DNA of 64,000 nucleotides from Octopus sinensis. Lineage: Eukaryota. The notes below the pieces were generated by a model that saw nothing but the letters and a program-made list of their open reading frames with translations, was not told the origin of the DNA and did not search any database. The number at the start of each line of letters is the position of its first letter. The first letter of the stretch is position 1. Positions 1 to 10,543 of this stretch are shown here, piece after piece. The translations under genes were made by a program, and so were the position numbers. The stretch spans positions 58,776,001 through 58,840,000 of the forward strand of contig NC_043010.1 in the NCBI RefSeq assembly GCF_006345805.1, given 5' to 3'.

Positions 1-359
1 GAAGTTGTGTCAGTCAAAGAAGCGATTAAAAGACTTTAGCAGCAATAACAACAACAACCACAACAACAGTGGTGCCAGTCGGAGATGTAACAAAGTATAT
101 TTTTACTGTGGAGAACACGAAGAATGTGAGAATGGTGGAATCTGTGATGGATATTTATACAATTCTCACTGAATATCAATGTCCATTTTGACAAGGTAGT
201 GAGTGGGTCTACCAAAAATAGCCATCATCAATCTGGTGCTGTGGTGTGTGCTAAGTGTGAGAGAACAGTGGGGCTGGTGAAGCACCACAAAACTGCAGAG
301 GCAATAGGGTTTCAATTCCAGTATTCAGCTGCTATACTGAGTCTCTCGCTTTCTACCCA

Positions 360-360
<1 letters not shown>

Positions 361-400
<40 letters not shown>

Positions 401-451
401 CATACATACATACATACATACATACATACATACATACATACATACATACCC

Positions 452-492
<41 letters not shown>

Positions 493-565
493 TACATACA
501 TACACACACACATATATATATAGATATACATATATATATACATACATACATACATGCATACATAC
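361..565. repeat. Compound microsatellite (CT)n-(TA)n-(TACA)n-(CA)n
   Basis: Directly visible; accounts for the ORFs at 199-591. Confidence 0.95.
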
Positions 566-569
566 ATAC

Positions 570-720
570 ATATTTGTAATTTACAGAACAACAGAAGATG
601 AAGACAGGTGTATTAGTTTAACAAACAGGAAGGTGAGAAAGTCTTTTACATTTCGAGCCTACGCTCTTCAACGGAAAGGAACATGAGGAAATAAACAGAG
701 AGAGAATAAAAAGAACTTTT
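570..720 (-). mobile_element. Penelope-like terminal repeat fragment with a degenerate hammerhead motif
   Basis: Minus strand 678-643 reads CTTT-CCGTTGA-A-GAGC GTAG GCTC-GAAA-TG-TA-AAAG. This is minimal hammerhead topology with a mutated core, followed by a T-rich tail. Confidence 0.5.
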
Positions 721-792
721 GGGGCTAGCGATCAATCATCACAGCTATATACATATATATATGTGTGTGTGTGTGTTTGTGTATGTATGTAT

Positions 793-850
<58 letters not shown>

Positions 851-960
851 CATACACACACACATATATATATATATATATACACTTTATATACACATTA
901 TATATATACAATTTATATACACATCTTATATATATATATACAATTTATATACACATTATA

Positions 961-1004
<44 letters not shown>

Positions 1005-1547
1005 GGCGAAAGAAAGAATATAGTGAGTTAACCTGCTCTAACACCTGTGCGCAGTACATCTGAATATTGGTATTTCTGGTAGTGATGGAGACCAGCTGAG
1101 CCCATTGGGAGAATCAAAGCAAAGAGGGGGTGGGAGGAGGGGGAAGGTGTTGTTGCTAGCAGCAGCAGCAGTGGTGGTGGTGATGGTGGTGATGATGTTA
1201 AGCCTGGTTATGGTAACCATGCTGATGATGATAACAGCAGTGTTGATGGTGATGATGATGGTCATACTCATGATGATGATGATGATGCTATACAGAATTT
1301 TGTGTATTTGTGTGTGTATGTACATGTATGTATGTGTGTACATGTATGTTTCTCTGTTTTAGATAAAAGACAAATAATTACACATTCATTAACACATGGT
1401 CAGAAATATACACATCTACTAAATTATTCATGTTATACACACATAACTGCATGTTTCTATACACATGTACACTTATGCCTCTGTGTATATACATATATAT
1501 ATAAATATATGTGTGTGTGTGTGAGAGAGAGTATGCATATATATATA

Positions 1548-1588
<41 letters not shown>

Positions 1589-2031
1589 TACATGTATATA
1601 TTTATATATAATATATATCATATATATGAACACAGAAGTGTGTGTATATAAAATATATTTATGTGTGTGTGCATACATACACATATAACACTATACATAT
1701 TTGATGGGTTCACAACAAGGGACAACATACAAGTGTTTCCTCGTTAACAAATGATAACAAGACATGCAACGAGCATTTGCTGACAGATGTTTAATTAACA
1801 ACAATGAGAGATCATCTACTAATATAGCTGACAAACACTGTAATGAGATGCTGTAATAGATACAGAAATCTCAGGTAAGAGCACAGGTGAGAGAACACAG
1901 GTGAAATATGTGATTGGCTAAAATTGTAGGAAACTGTATTAAATGATTGATGATTGATGATGCATGACTGGTTAAATGTTGTTGTCACCATCATCATCAT
2001 TATCATCATTATATTCATCATTGTCATCACA

Positions 2032-2210
2032 ACAGAATCATCAGACAAAATGTTTGGCGACATTTCTTCCAGCTCTTAGCATTCTGAGTTCAAATCCTGT
2101 TGCTGTCAACTGCTTCTTTTTATCCTTTCCAGGGATCGATGAAATAAAAGTACCAGTCAAGTACTGGGGTCACTGTAACTGATTGGCCCTCTCCTCATAA
2201 AATTGCCAAT
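2032..2210 (+). mobile_element. tRNA-derived SINE, family S1 (partial)
   Basis: B-box-like GAGTTCAAATCC, then the central block ...ATCCTTTC..GGATCGATGAAATAAAAGTACCAG shared with about 10 other copies in the window. Confidence 0.7.
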
Positions 2211-2265
2211 ATCAGAAACAACAACAGCTGTAATTATTATTATTATTATCATTATTATTATTATT

Positions 2266-2477
2266 GCTTTTGCACAGCTTCTAACACTGGAGATGTACTA
2301 CGGTGTCAGCTGTTCACTACCAGTGAACTAAGGTAACACCTCTTATTTTCCAAGCACCTTCCAGAGTATTCAAGCAGTTCCAAGCAGTGCTGCTTTCTGC
2401 AAGTGCTCCACCTTTATTGCAGCCCCTATTTGTTCCATGTACTTCTTGAGATCTTTGCTCACTGTTCCCAGGGCTCT
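2266..2477 (-). mobile_element. R4/Dong-clade non-LTR retrotransposon 3' end, family B (5'-truncated)
   Basis: Minus strand translates ALGTVSKDLKKYMEQIGAAIKVEHLQKAALLGTA*ILWKVLGK*, homologous to the family A C-terminus. It has a different 3' UTR ending in (AAT)n and is flanked by (AAT)n on both sides. Confidence 0.75.
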
Positions 2478-2492
2478 ATTATTATTATTATT

Positions 2493-2980
2493 CAGTAGTT
2501 TTATTTTTATAGCGTGCTTTCACTTCACTACCGAGTGCAGCTCTGTGTGCCTTGGGTATGTGTTGTGATTTGTTCTGATGCTCTGATGGTTACTGTATGG
2601 AAAGTGTTCTGCATAGGATGTGTGCAGTGCCTAGTAGTGCAATTTTCTGTATGTTATATGTGTTTGTAAGTCCTGGTGTTTTTGTTATGTATTTGTCTAG
2701 ATATTTTTTTATCATGCCTAATGCACCTATTATGATAGGAATTGTTTCTGTTTTTAGATTCCACATTCTGGTTACCTCTATTTCCAGGTCTTTGTATTTT
2801 GAAAGTTTCTCCATTTCTTTTAGAGACACGTTGTCATCTGCTGGTATTGATACATCAATTAGAAAGCATTTTTTTTCTTCATGATCTCTGACAGCTATAT
2901 CTGGTCTGTTGGCCTTAATTTCTCTATCTGTGTGTATTGGCATATCCCAGAGTATGGTTGCTTTCTCGTTTTCTGTGACC

Positions 2981-2984
<4 letters not shown>
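2493..2984 (-). mobile_element. R4/Dong-clade non-LTR retrotransposon 3' end, family A (restriction-like endonuclease domain)
   Basis: VTENEKATILWDMPIHTDREIKANRPDI..LIDVSIP..EKLSKYKDL..GALG..LLGTAHIL is the PD-(D/E)xK RLE motif set. About 100-nt 3' UTR ending in (AAT)n; (AAT)n at both junctions. Confidence 0.9.
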
Positions 2985-3040
<56 letters not shown>

Positions 3041-3056
3041 TATTGTTATTATTATT

Positions 3057-3273
3057 GAGTGAAAAAGCAGTGCATGCCATCAAAGTAACAGTGGGATAAA
3101 ATTTACAAAGCTTAGTATACACATCATGACGACTGGTCTAATAAGCGTACACCCGGCATATGCATCACAACCGTATGTGCCCAACATGGTGATCTTGCAT
3201 CGAGATAGACAGCTCATTACCTTGCAGGTGGGGTCCAGTTAGAATTTTCTTCAGGCTGAGTAGCCCTTCCCAC
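3057..3273 (-). mobile_element. Non-coding (AAT)n-tailed retroposon, family C
   Basis: Ends ...GATGGCATGCACTGCTTTTTCACTC(AAT)n; a second copy with the same 3' end lies at 5739-5854; bounded by AAT tracts. Confidence 0.65.
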
Positions 3274-3308
3274 TTATTATTATCTTCATCATCATCATTA
3301 TTATTATT

Positions 3309-3523
3309 AAGCTGGTGAGTTCGCAGAATTGTTAGCATGCTGGGCGAAATGCTTAGTGATATTTCGTCAACTGCTGCATTCTGAGTTCAAATTCCACCGA
3401 GGTTGACTTTGCCTTTTATCCTTTCGTGGTTGATGAAATAAGTACCAGTTGAACACTGGGGGTCGATGTGATCAACTATCCCCATCCCCACAAATTCCAG
3501 GCCTTATACCTATAGTAGAAAGG
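3309..3523 (+). mobile_element. tRNA-derived SINE, family S1 (near full length)
   Basis: Head AAGCTGGTGAGTTCGCAGAA, B box GAGTTCAAATTCC, central GGTTGACTTTGCCTTTTATCCTTTCG block, (ATT)n tail. Confidence 0.8.
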
Positions 3524-4039
3524 ATTATTATTATTATTATTATTGTTATTATTTCTTTTTATCACAGGGTTTGCTGGAACTCCAGGAGTCATACAAATGC
3601 AATGGGCTTGCTACCTGCACAGTACCTGTGGTACCCTGCCATCTGTTCTATTTTCAACTCTCTAATACTTCCCCGTTCCATGTCCCTTCTATCAGTCTAT
3701 ACCGTGTACACTTACTTTGCTTAAAAGGTGGGTGAATGTCGGTAAAATGGCCAGTATGAATGAACCAATTCTGAGATTACACCTGTAAAAAAGGTAATAT
3801 AAAAGAAGGGGCTCTCTACCCCCTCTTTTAACCAGGCTCCCGTGGCTTTTATGGGTTCTTCCACGAGTAACCTTTCAAAGCGCCTCCCACTATTGGGAGT
3901 TTTACTTATTAAATTTCTTTTGTTATCATAAGTTTACATGGACCTTTCTTTTTCGCAAAACCCTTTGTACTTTTCGTCCTGTGTTTGTCTTTACATGTTT
4001 TTGATTTATGTTAGCCCTTGTGGCTAATAAAAACAGAAT

Positions 4040-4290
4040 TTATTATTATTATTCAGGTCACTGCCTGGATATGCCTGTGGGCGGGCATATGGCATAGTGG
4101 TTAAGAGTGCGGGCTACTAACCCCAAGATTCTGAGTTTGATTCCAGGCAGTGACCTGAATAATAATAATAATAACATGGAAAAATACCTTAGGAATGAGA
4201 ACCCAAGTTTGAAATTTCCCCAAGACACCTGAAGAAGACTGGAAGGTATATCAGCCGAAATATTATGTTTACAACAAACAAGATGAAATC
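4040..4290 (+). mobile_element. tRNA-headed SINE with a hammerhead-like tail and a 5' inverted segment
   Basis: A box TGGCATAGTGG (4090-4100) and B box GAGTTTGATTCC (4133-4144). Tail GACAC-CTGAAGA-A-GACTG..CAGCC-GAAA-TATT-ATGTT (4224-4269). 4040-4069 is the exact reverse complement of 4142-4171. Confidence 0.7.
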
Positions 4291-5117
4291 ATATTCTGTT
4301 GAGCCTGGGGAGAGATAGAACAATTCCATGGTGGCAATATGTACCAACTACAATTAATTAGGAGGGGTAAATTAGCTGGTTGCAGGTGGTGGTGGTGGTG
4401 GTGGTGGTAGTGGGTGTCGCTAGTAGCTGTTTGATAGTTCCAAAGATGAAGAGCCATTATAGATGTGGTAGATGAGGCAGTCATTGTGAAAGTGGGTGTT
4501 TCCTTAGATATGGTCCAATGATTACAGAATGGGGGAGGGCAGGTATGCTACTCCCAGGGGAGATATGACAGGTGATGGCTTATGTCAGAGACTGGCGAAC
4601 ATATAATAACAGGGCCTCCTGCCAGGTTGCATGCAAGGCCATATTTTGGCCAGGAATTAGGCATGGCTTGCATAACTGTTGCTTCTGTTTCAAGTGTGTG
4701 TGTATGTGTGTCTGTCTGTATGTGTGTAAATGTGTGCATGCATGTGTGTCTGTGTAAGTGTGTGCATGTGTATGTGTTAGTGAGTGTGTGTGTCTGTTTG
4801 TGTTTATGTATGCGTGTGTGCGTACGTGTTTGTGTGTGTACGTGTTTGTGTGTGTGTGTGTGTGTACGTGTTTGTGTGTGTGTGTGTGCTTGTGTATCTC
4901 TGGTGGAACCCCAACCCAGTAAAGTATTACTATATTAAACCTACAACAGAAACAATGGAATCTGTATTTTGATGCGGGGTGGGGGGTGGGGGTAACATCA
5001 ATATTTCATTTATTCGGCCATCTACACACACACATATATACATAGATACATACACAAACATATGTATATACATAGACACACATACATGAACATATATATA
5101 TATATATATAAATAATA

Positions 5118-5286
5118 AATATTAGGGAATAAATCCAAATTTACAGGGAAAAAAAACAAGGAAAGACTTAATTAATACATAAAGAAACGATTGTAGTGGC
5201 GGTTTTTTTGACTATTTATTAAAATTTTATGTATTAATTAAGTCTTTCCTTGTTTGTTTTGCAAAATAGTGGTTTTGTCTCGAATA

Positions 5287-5293
<7 letters not shown>
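5118..5293. mobile_element. Rearranged PLE-like terminal element (sibling of 6923-7365)
   Basis: Contains the same terminus (AATATTAGGGAATAAATCCAAATTTACA), GAAACGATTGTAGTGG and a 30-bp inverted repeat (5154-5183 / 5226-5255); (TA)n flanks. Confidence 0.6.
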
Positions 5294-5324
<31 letters not shown>

Positions 5325-5688
5325 TATACAAGCATACATACACACACACTTATATACATTTAAGTCACAATACATGGATTGCAGTAATCCGGTGGTACAC
5401 ATAAAAATGGCTTCTTTTTGTATCATTCTACAAAACATAGAATGTATAATACAATACAAGAGACTTTCTTTCACCTGAGGATGTAGCTTAAATTCTGCAT
5501 TATTTGGAAGGATCTTTTGCATTCCGCATTAATGCAGGCATGGAAGTAATTTATTTATTATCAAATATAACAATACAAGTTATTTACATGTTTTTATGTT
5601 ACAAAATAATTTGGAATAATATTAGAATTTTTTTTTATTGTTAAATAATATTTCATCAAACTATTTCTCCATCACTTATGAAATTTTA

Positions 5689-5734
<46 letters not shown>

Positions 5735-5738
5735 TCAC

Positions 5739-5854
5739 GGTAGTGGTGCATATGTTGGGTGTACCCTTATCAGACGAGTCCTCATGATGTGTATACTAAG
5801 CTTTGTAAGTTTTACCCCAATGTTACTTTGATGGCATGCACTGCTTTTTCACTC
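5739..5854 (+). mobile_element. Family C retroposon 3' fragment
   Basis: Matches the reverse complement of 3057-3170; followed by an (AAT/GAT)n tract. Confidence 0.65.
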
Positions 5855-5933
5855 AATAATAATAACAATAATAATGATAATAATAATGATAATGATAATA
5901 ATAATGATAATGATAATAATGATAATGATAATA

Positions 5934-6879
5934 TCATCATTGCTTAATGTCCATTTTCCCAGTTGGCATGGTTGGCATGGTTTGAATGAGGTCTGGAGAG
6001 CCAGAAGCTGCACCAGGTTCCAATCTGACCTGGCAAGGTTTCTACAGCTGGATGCCCTTCCTAATGCCAGCCACTCAGAGAGTGTTGTGGGTGTTTTTTT
6101 ACGTGCCATCAGCATAGGGACCAGTCAAGCAGGCCTGGCATTGATTGCATTCAGATAGAGCTTTTTACATGCCACCAGCCAGGGCCAGTCAAGGGGTACT
6201 GGCATCGGCCACATTCAAATGGTACTTTTTACATGCTACTGGCATAGAAGCCAGTCAGCGGGTACTGGCATTGACCACATTCGGATGGTGCTTTTTACAT
6301 GCCACTGGCACAGGAACTCTGGCTCCCATGCCACCAGGGGGCACTGGCCACAGCTATGATATTGGTTTTACTTGACTCAACAGGTTTTCTCAAGCATATC
6401 ATATCGCCCAACATATCAGGGGTACTCTTAACTGGGCCAGATTTTCATAGCTGCGATCTCACTTTAGTTGGCGGGTCATCTCAATTACAGCATATCTCCA
6501 AAGGTCACAGCCTCCTGTCATTGCCTCTGTGAGGTCTACGTTCGAAGGTCATGCTTCACCACCTCATCCCATATCTTCCTGGGTCTACCTCTTCCACAGG
6601 TTCCTTCCACAGTTAGGGTGTGGCACTTCCTCACAGCTGTCCTCATCCATATGTAACACATGACCATACCAGCGCAGTTGTCTCCCTCGCATACTACATT
6701 TGATGCTTCTTTTGTCCAACTTTTCTCTGAGGGCGCTTACACTCTATCATGTATGCACACTGACATTACACATCCAGTGGAGCATACTAGCTTCATTTCT
6801 TTCAAGCCTACACATGTCTTCAGCAGTCATGGCCCATGTTTCACTGCCATATAGCATGGCAGTTCGTACACATGCTGGC
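5934..6879 (-). mobile_element. RTE-clade LINE 3' fragment (degenerate ORF end plus 3' UTR)
   Basis: Minus strand: ACVRTAMLYGSETWAMTAEDMCRLERNEASMLHWMCNV..LRWYGHV..GRGRPRKIWDEVVKHDL with stops and frameshifts; ends in (GAT)n. Confidence 0.85.
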
Positions 6880-6891
6880 AATATATACATA

Positions 6892-6922
<31 letters not shown>

Positions 6923-7365
6923 ATTATATCAAATTAGAGACAAAACCACTATTATGCAAATCAAACAAAGAAAGACTTAAGCCAATACATAAAATAATTT
7001 ATATAAATTAAAATTTAACATATGAATAACCACTACGATCGTTTCGTGTCAGCACATCTTAGACATTCTTCAGGTGGTTTCAAAACCTTCTTAGCGAGTT
7101 CATAATTTAAAACTCGCTAAGAAGGTTTTGAAACCACCTGAAGAATGTCTAAGATGTGCTGACACGAAACGATCGTAGTGGTTATTCATATGTTAAATTT
7201 TAATTTATATAAATTATTTTATGTATTGGCTTAAGTCTTTCTTTGTTTGATTTGCATAATAGTGGTTTTGTCTCTAATTTGATATAATATAATATTTTAC
7301 TATAAAATTGGATTCAATCTTAAATCTGATTTTTCCTTGTAAATTTGGATTTATTCCCTAATATT
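6923..7365. mobile_element. Fold-back PLE-like terminal element A (178-bp inverted arms, 10-nt spacer)
   Basis: 6923-7100 is the reverse complement of 7111-7288. The right arm continues to a terminus at about 7365. (TA)n on both sides. Confidence 0.8.
7132..7183 (+). ncRNA. Minimal type I hammerhead ribozyme motif (mirror copy on minus strand at 7028-7079)
   Basis: Stem I AACCAC/GTGGTT, core CTGAAGA, stem II TGTC/GACA with an A.C closing mismatch, GAAA, palindromic helix III CGATCG, cleavage triplet GTA (after 7177). Confidence 0.7.
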
Positions 7366-7374
7366 TATTATTAT

Positions 7375-7412
<38 letters not shown>

Positions 7413-7419
7413 ATATATA

Positions 7420-8430
7420 TCAGGTTGGTACAAAAGTAATGTCCGATTTCTAGAAAAAATGTTTCAGAGCGAATTTATCAATTTTTTAACCTCTTCTAAT
7501 AGTTGTAAGATATCTGTGTGTCTAATTTGCACTATTTTCTTTCAGCTTATCTAACTTCTGGCCATAATTCTTAGAAACTTTTACCACCCTGTTTGTCCCA
7601 TCAGAAGACGACATAAAAGTGCTGATGCAAGTGCGACAGCAAGATCTGTTCAGAGCACTTATGGGGAGGATGTAGTGAAGGAAACAAGTTGCAGGAGGTG
7701 CTTTTCCCGTTTCTGAGGTGAGGATTTCATTTTGAAAGAAGAGCTAAATGAGGGTTGTCCAAAAAAGCTTGATTTGGAAATGTTGGAAGCTCTTGTTTCA
7801 GAGAACCCTACCATTACCACTAGGGAACTTACAAAACAGTTAAACATGGCCCATACAACCGTGGTACACCAGCCAAAACACATTGGAAAGGTTTCAGTAG
7901 CTGGAAAATGGGTCACTAGTGAGTGATCTCCAGAGAATCAACAACAGCATGCTGCTTATCAATCATTGCTTTCGCAACACTTTCAAGCAACATTTTTCGA
8001 CAGGCTCGTTACAGGTGATGAGAAGTGGATTCTTTACCATAATGTTAAACGCTGCCATTCTTGGATCAGTCTAGGAGGATGGCCAGTTCAACAACTGAGA
8101 GCAGGACTTCATCCAAAGAAGATCATGTTGAGTGTATGGTGGGATATTAAAGGAGTGATCCATTATGAACTTTTGGACAACAACCAAACAATTAATGCTA
8201 ATCTTTACTGTGAATAACTTCCTCATTTGAAAACAGTTCTGAGCCAAAAGCGAGCATCCTTGGTTAACAGAAAGGGTGTCATCTTCCATCACGATAATGC
8301 TCGTCCCCGCACAGCTCGACTGACCAAAACTCTCTTGGAAGAACTTGGTTGGGAAATACTGCCTCATCCTCCATATTCTCCTCACCTTGCTCCTAGGACC
8401 ACAGAACCATTTTGATGGACTTAGTTAATT
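7420..8430 (+). mobile_element. Decayed mariner (D,D34D) transposon; left TIR plus transposase pseudogene
   Basis: TA followed by TIR-like TCAGGTTGGTACAAAAGTAAT. Motifs GKWV, RLVTGDEKWILYHN, LHPKKIMLSVWWD, FHHDNARP and HPPYSPHLAP, with stops and frameshifts. No matching right TIR seen. Confidence 0.9.
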
Positions 8431-9019
8431 ACAAGATAGAAATTTAAATTTAATGAAATGTTTTGAAAGAAATTTAAAGTGCCTACTTGATAATTGTAAA
8501 CCTACTTTGGGGCTGCCCTGTATATATACATGTGTGTGTATATATACATATGTGTGAGTGTGTTTGTGTGTATAGTTCTATATGTAGTTTATATTTTCCA
8601 TCGGTTCTGTTAAGCCAATGACAAAGCAAACCAATATATCAGGGGGAACTGCCAACGGATGAAATATAAAGTAATTATTTTGTTACTTCTTTTACGATTT
8701 TTACAGAAGAGACAATGTTTCAAAGCCATTATTTTCCTGCACAAATTATTTCATCCATTTCGAGCACCTCACCCTGCAACACAATGTATAACGAGATAAG
8801 GACAAATATAGCATATGATGCCTTCTATATCCACCAAGAGATCCACACAGAAATAGATGATTTATAATAAGACCAATATTCATCCCTCTACACAAGGCTA
8901 AAAATAACAATAGACTGATTAAACAAACAATCAAAATTCCTGTAGTAGTGGTAGTGTCGGCATCAATCATATTGACTCTTCCTGTTATACAGAGGCAGCA
9001 GTACACTCCAGTATTACTC

Positions 9020-9060
9020 CATCCTGAAGATGAGACTGTGAAAGTCTAGAGATGTTGCTG
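9020..9060 (+). ncRNA. Degenerate PLE-type hammerhead motif
   Basis: CATC-CTGAAGA-T-GAGAC tgtgaaa GTCTA-GAGA-TGTT-GCTG; several positions deviate from a functional motif. Confidence 0.35.
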
Positions 9061-9194
9061 AGTCAATGATAGAGAGTGGAACTTTGCTGTTCCAAACTGC
9101 TATGAACTGCTACGAAAAAAATAGGAACAAGAATTGATAAACATGACAAAACGTGAACACAGTCATGCTTTCAAGACATGTTCAACGGAAAGCA

Positions 9195-9227
<33 letters not shown>

Positions 9228-9682
9228 CACATTTATGTTTATGTAATTCTTAGCAGTTAAATGATATGACTCTTGTAAAAAAACACTTCCCTACATAATA
9301 CACAGATACACTTGCACATGTGGCACATGTATTTATGGATAAATATTCCATATACATATATATGCATGTATACACACACACACGTATATATGTGTGTGTG
9401 TGTGTCTGTCTGTCTGTTTGTCTATATGTCTGCATACACACACAACACACACACACACATGATTTTGCACAAATATATACAAATTTATATTTGGAGGGAT
9501 GGATAGATGGATATATTGAAAGACAAGTATGGTAAACAATCACACACACACAGAATATCCAGTTAAGGAGCCAGAGAATACAGCATGATGCTTACCTCCC
9601 TAAAAATCAATAACTTGGACAAATCTAAAAATAAATGTTTTTTTCCTACAAAAAAAGATAAGAATTGCCATCAGTGTGTGGA

Positions 9683-9720
<38 letters not shown>

Positions 9721-9879
9721 CACACACATGCACACGTGATGTGTGTGTGTATTAATGCATGTATGCATGCATATATTGACGTGTATTGATGTACATATTG
9801 ATAACTATATTGATGTACACAAAAAAAATACATGTGTGTGTGTGCGTATGTATACACATACATATACATAATTATATAT

Positions 9880-9888
9880 ACACAAAAC

Positions 9889-9919
<31 letters not shown>

Positions 9920-10110
9920 TTCACAAATGCATACATAATGTGTGTATATCTAAAATCCCAAATATTGTTGCCATGGTTATCAACTGAAGACCCTTAAAGA
10001 ACCATTTCCTCAGAAGTATTTCAAAGTATACAATATTGGGTAATAATGTATAGAGGCATACATATATAGATTGACATATTCAAACATACATTTTTGCATA
10101 TATATATATG

Positions 10111-10141
<31 letters not shown>

Positions 10142-10183
10142 ATATATATATATATATACATATATTATATATATAATATATAT

Positions 10184-10238
<55 letters not shown>

Positions 10239-10239
10239 G

Positions 10240-10275
<36 letters not shown>

Positions 10276-10277
10276 TG

Positions 10278-10329
<52 letters not shown>

Positions 10330-10501
10330 GATATAGAGAGGGGGGAGAGAGAGAAAGGTGTGTGTGTATATATATAGATAGATAGATAGATAGATAGATT
10401 GATATAGATATATATATTTATACATGTGTGTGTATGTGCATAAATATATATGTAAAGGTATATAAAATATATATATGTGTGTGTGTGTATGATATATAGA
10501 A

Positions 10502-10543
<42 letters not shown>

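Noticed and set aside
4083-4155. tRNA gene
   Set aside because: It has A and B boxes but no proper acceptor stem and runs into SINE body sequence. The same applies to the heads at 26660-26735 and 46200-46269.
8500-8525. Right TIR of the mariner
   Set aside because: CCTACTTTGGGGCTGCCCTGTA does not match the left TIR; it may be the end of another element.
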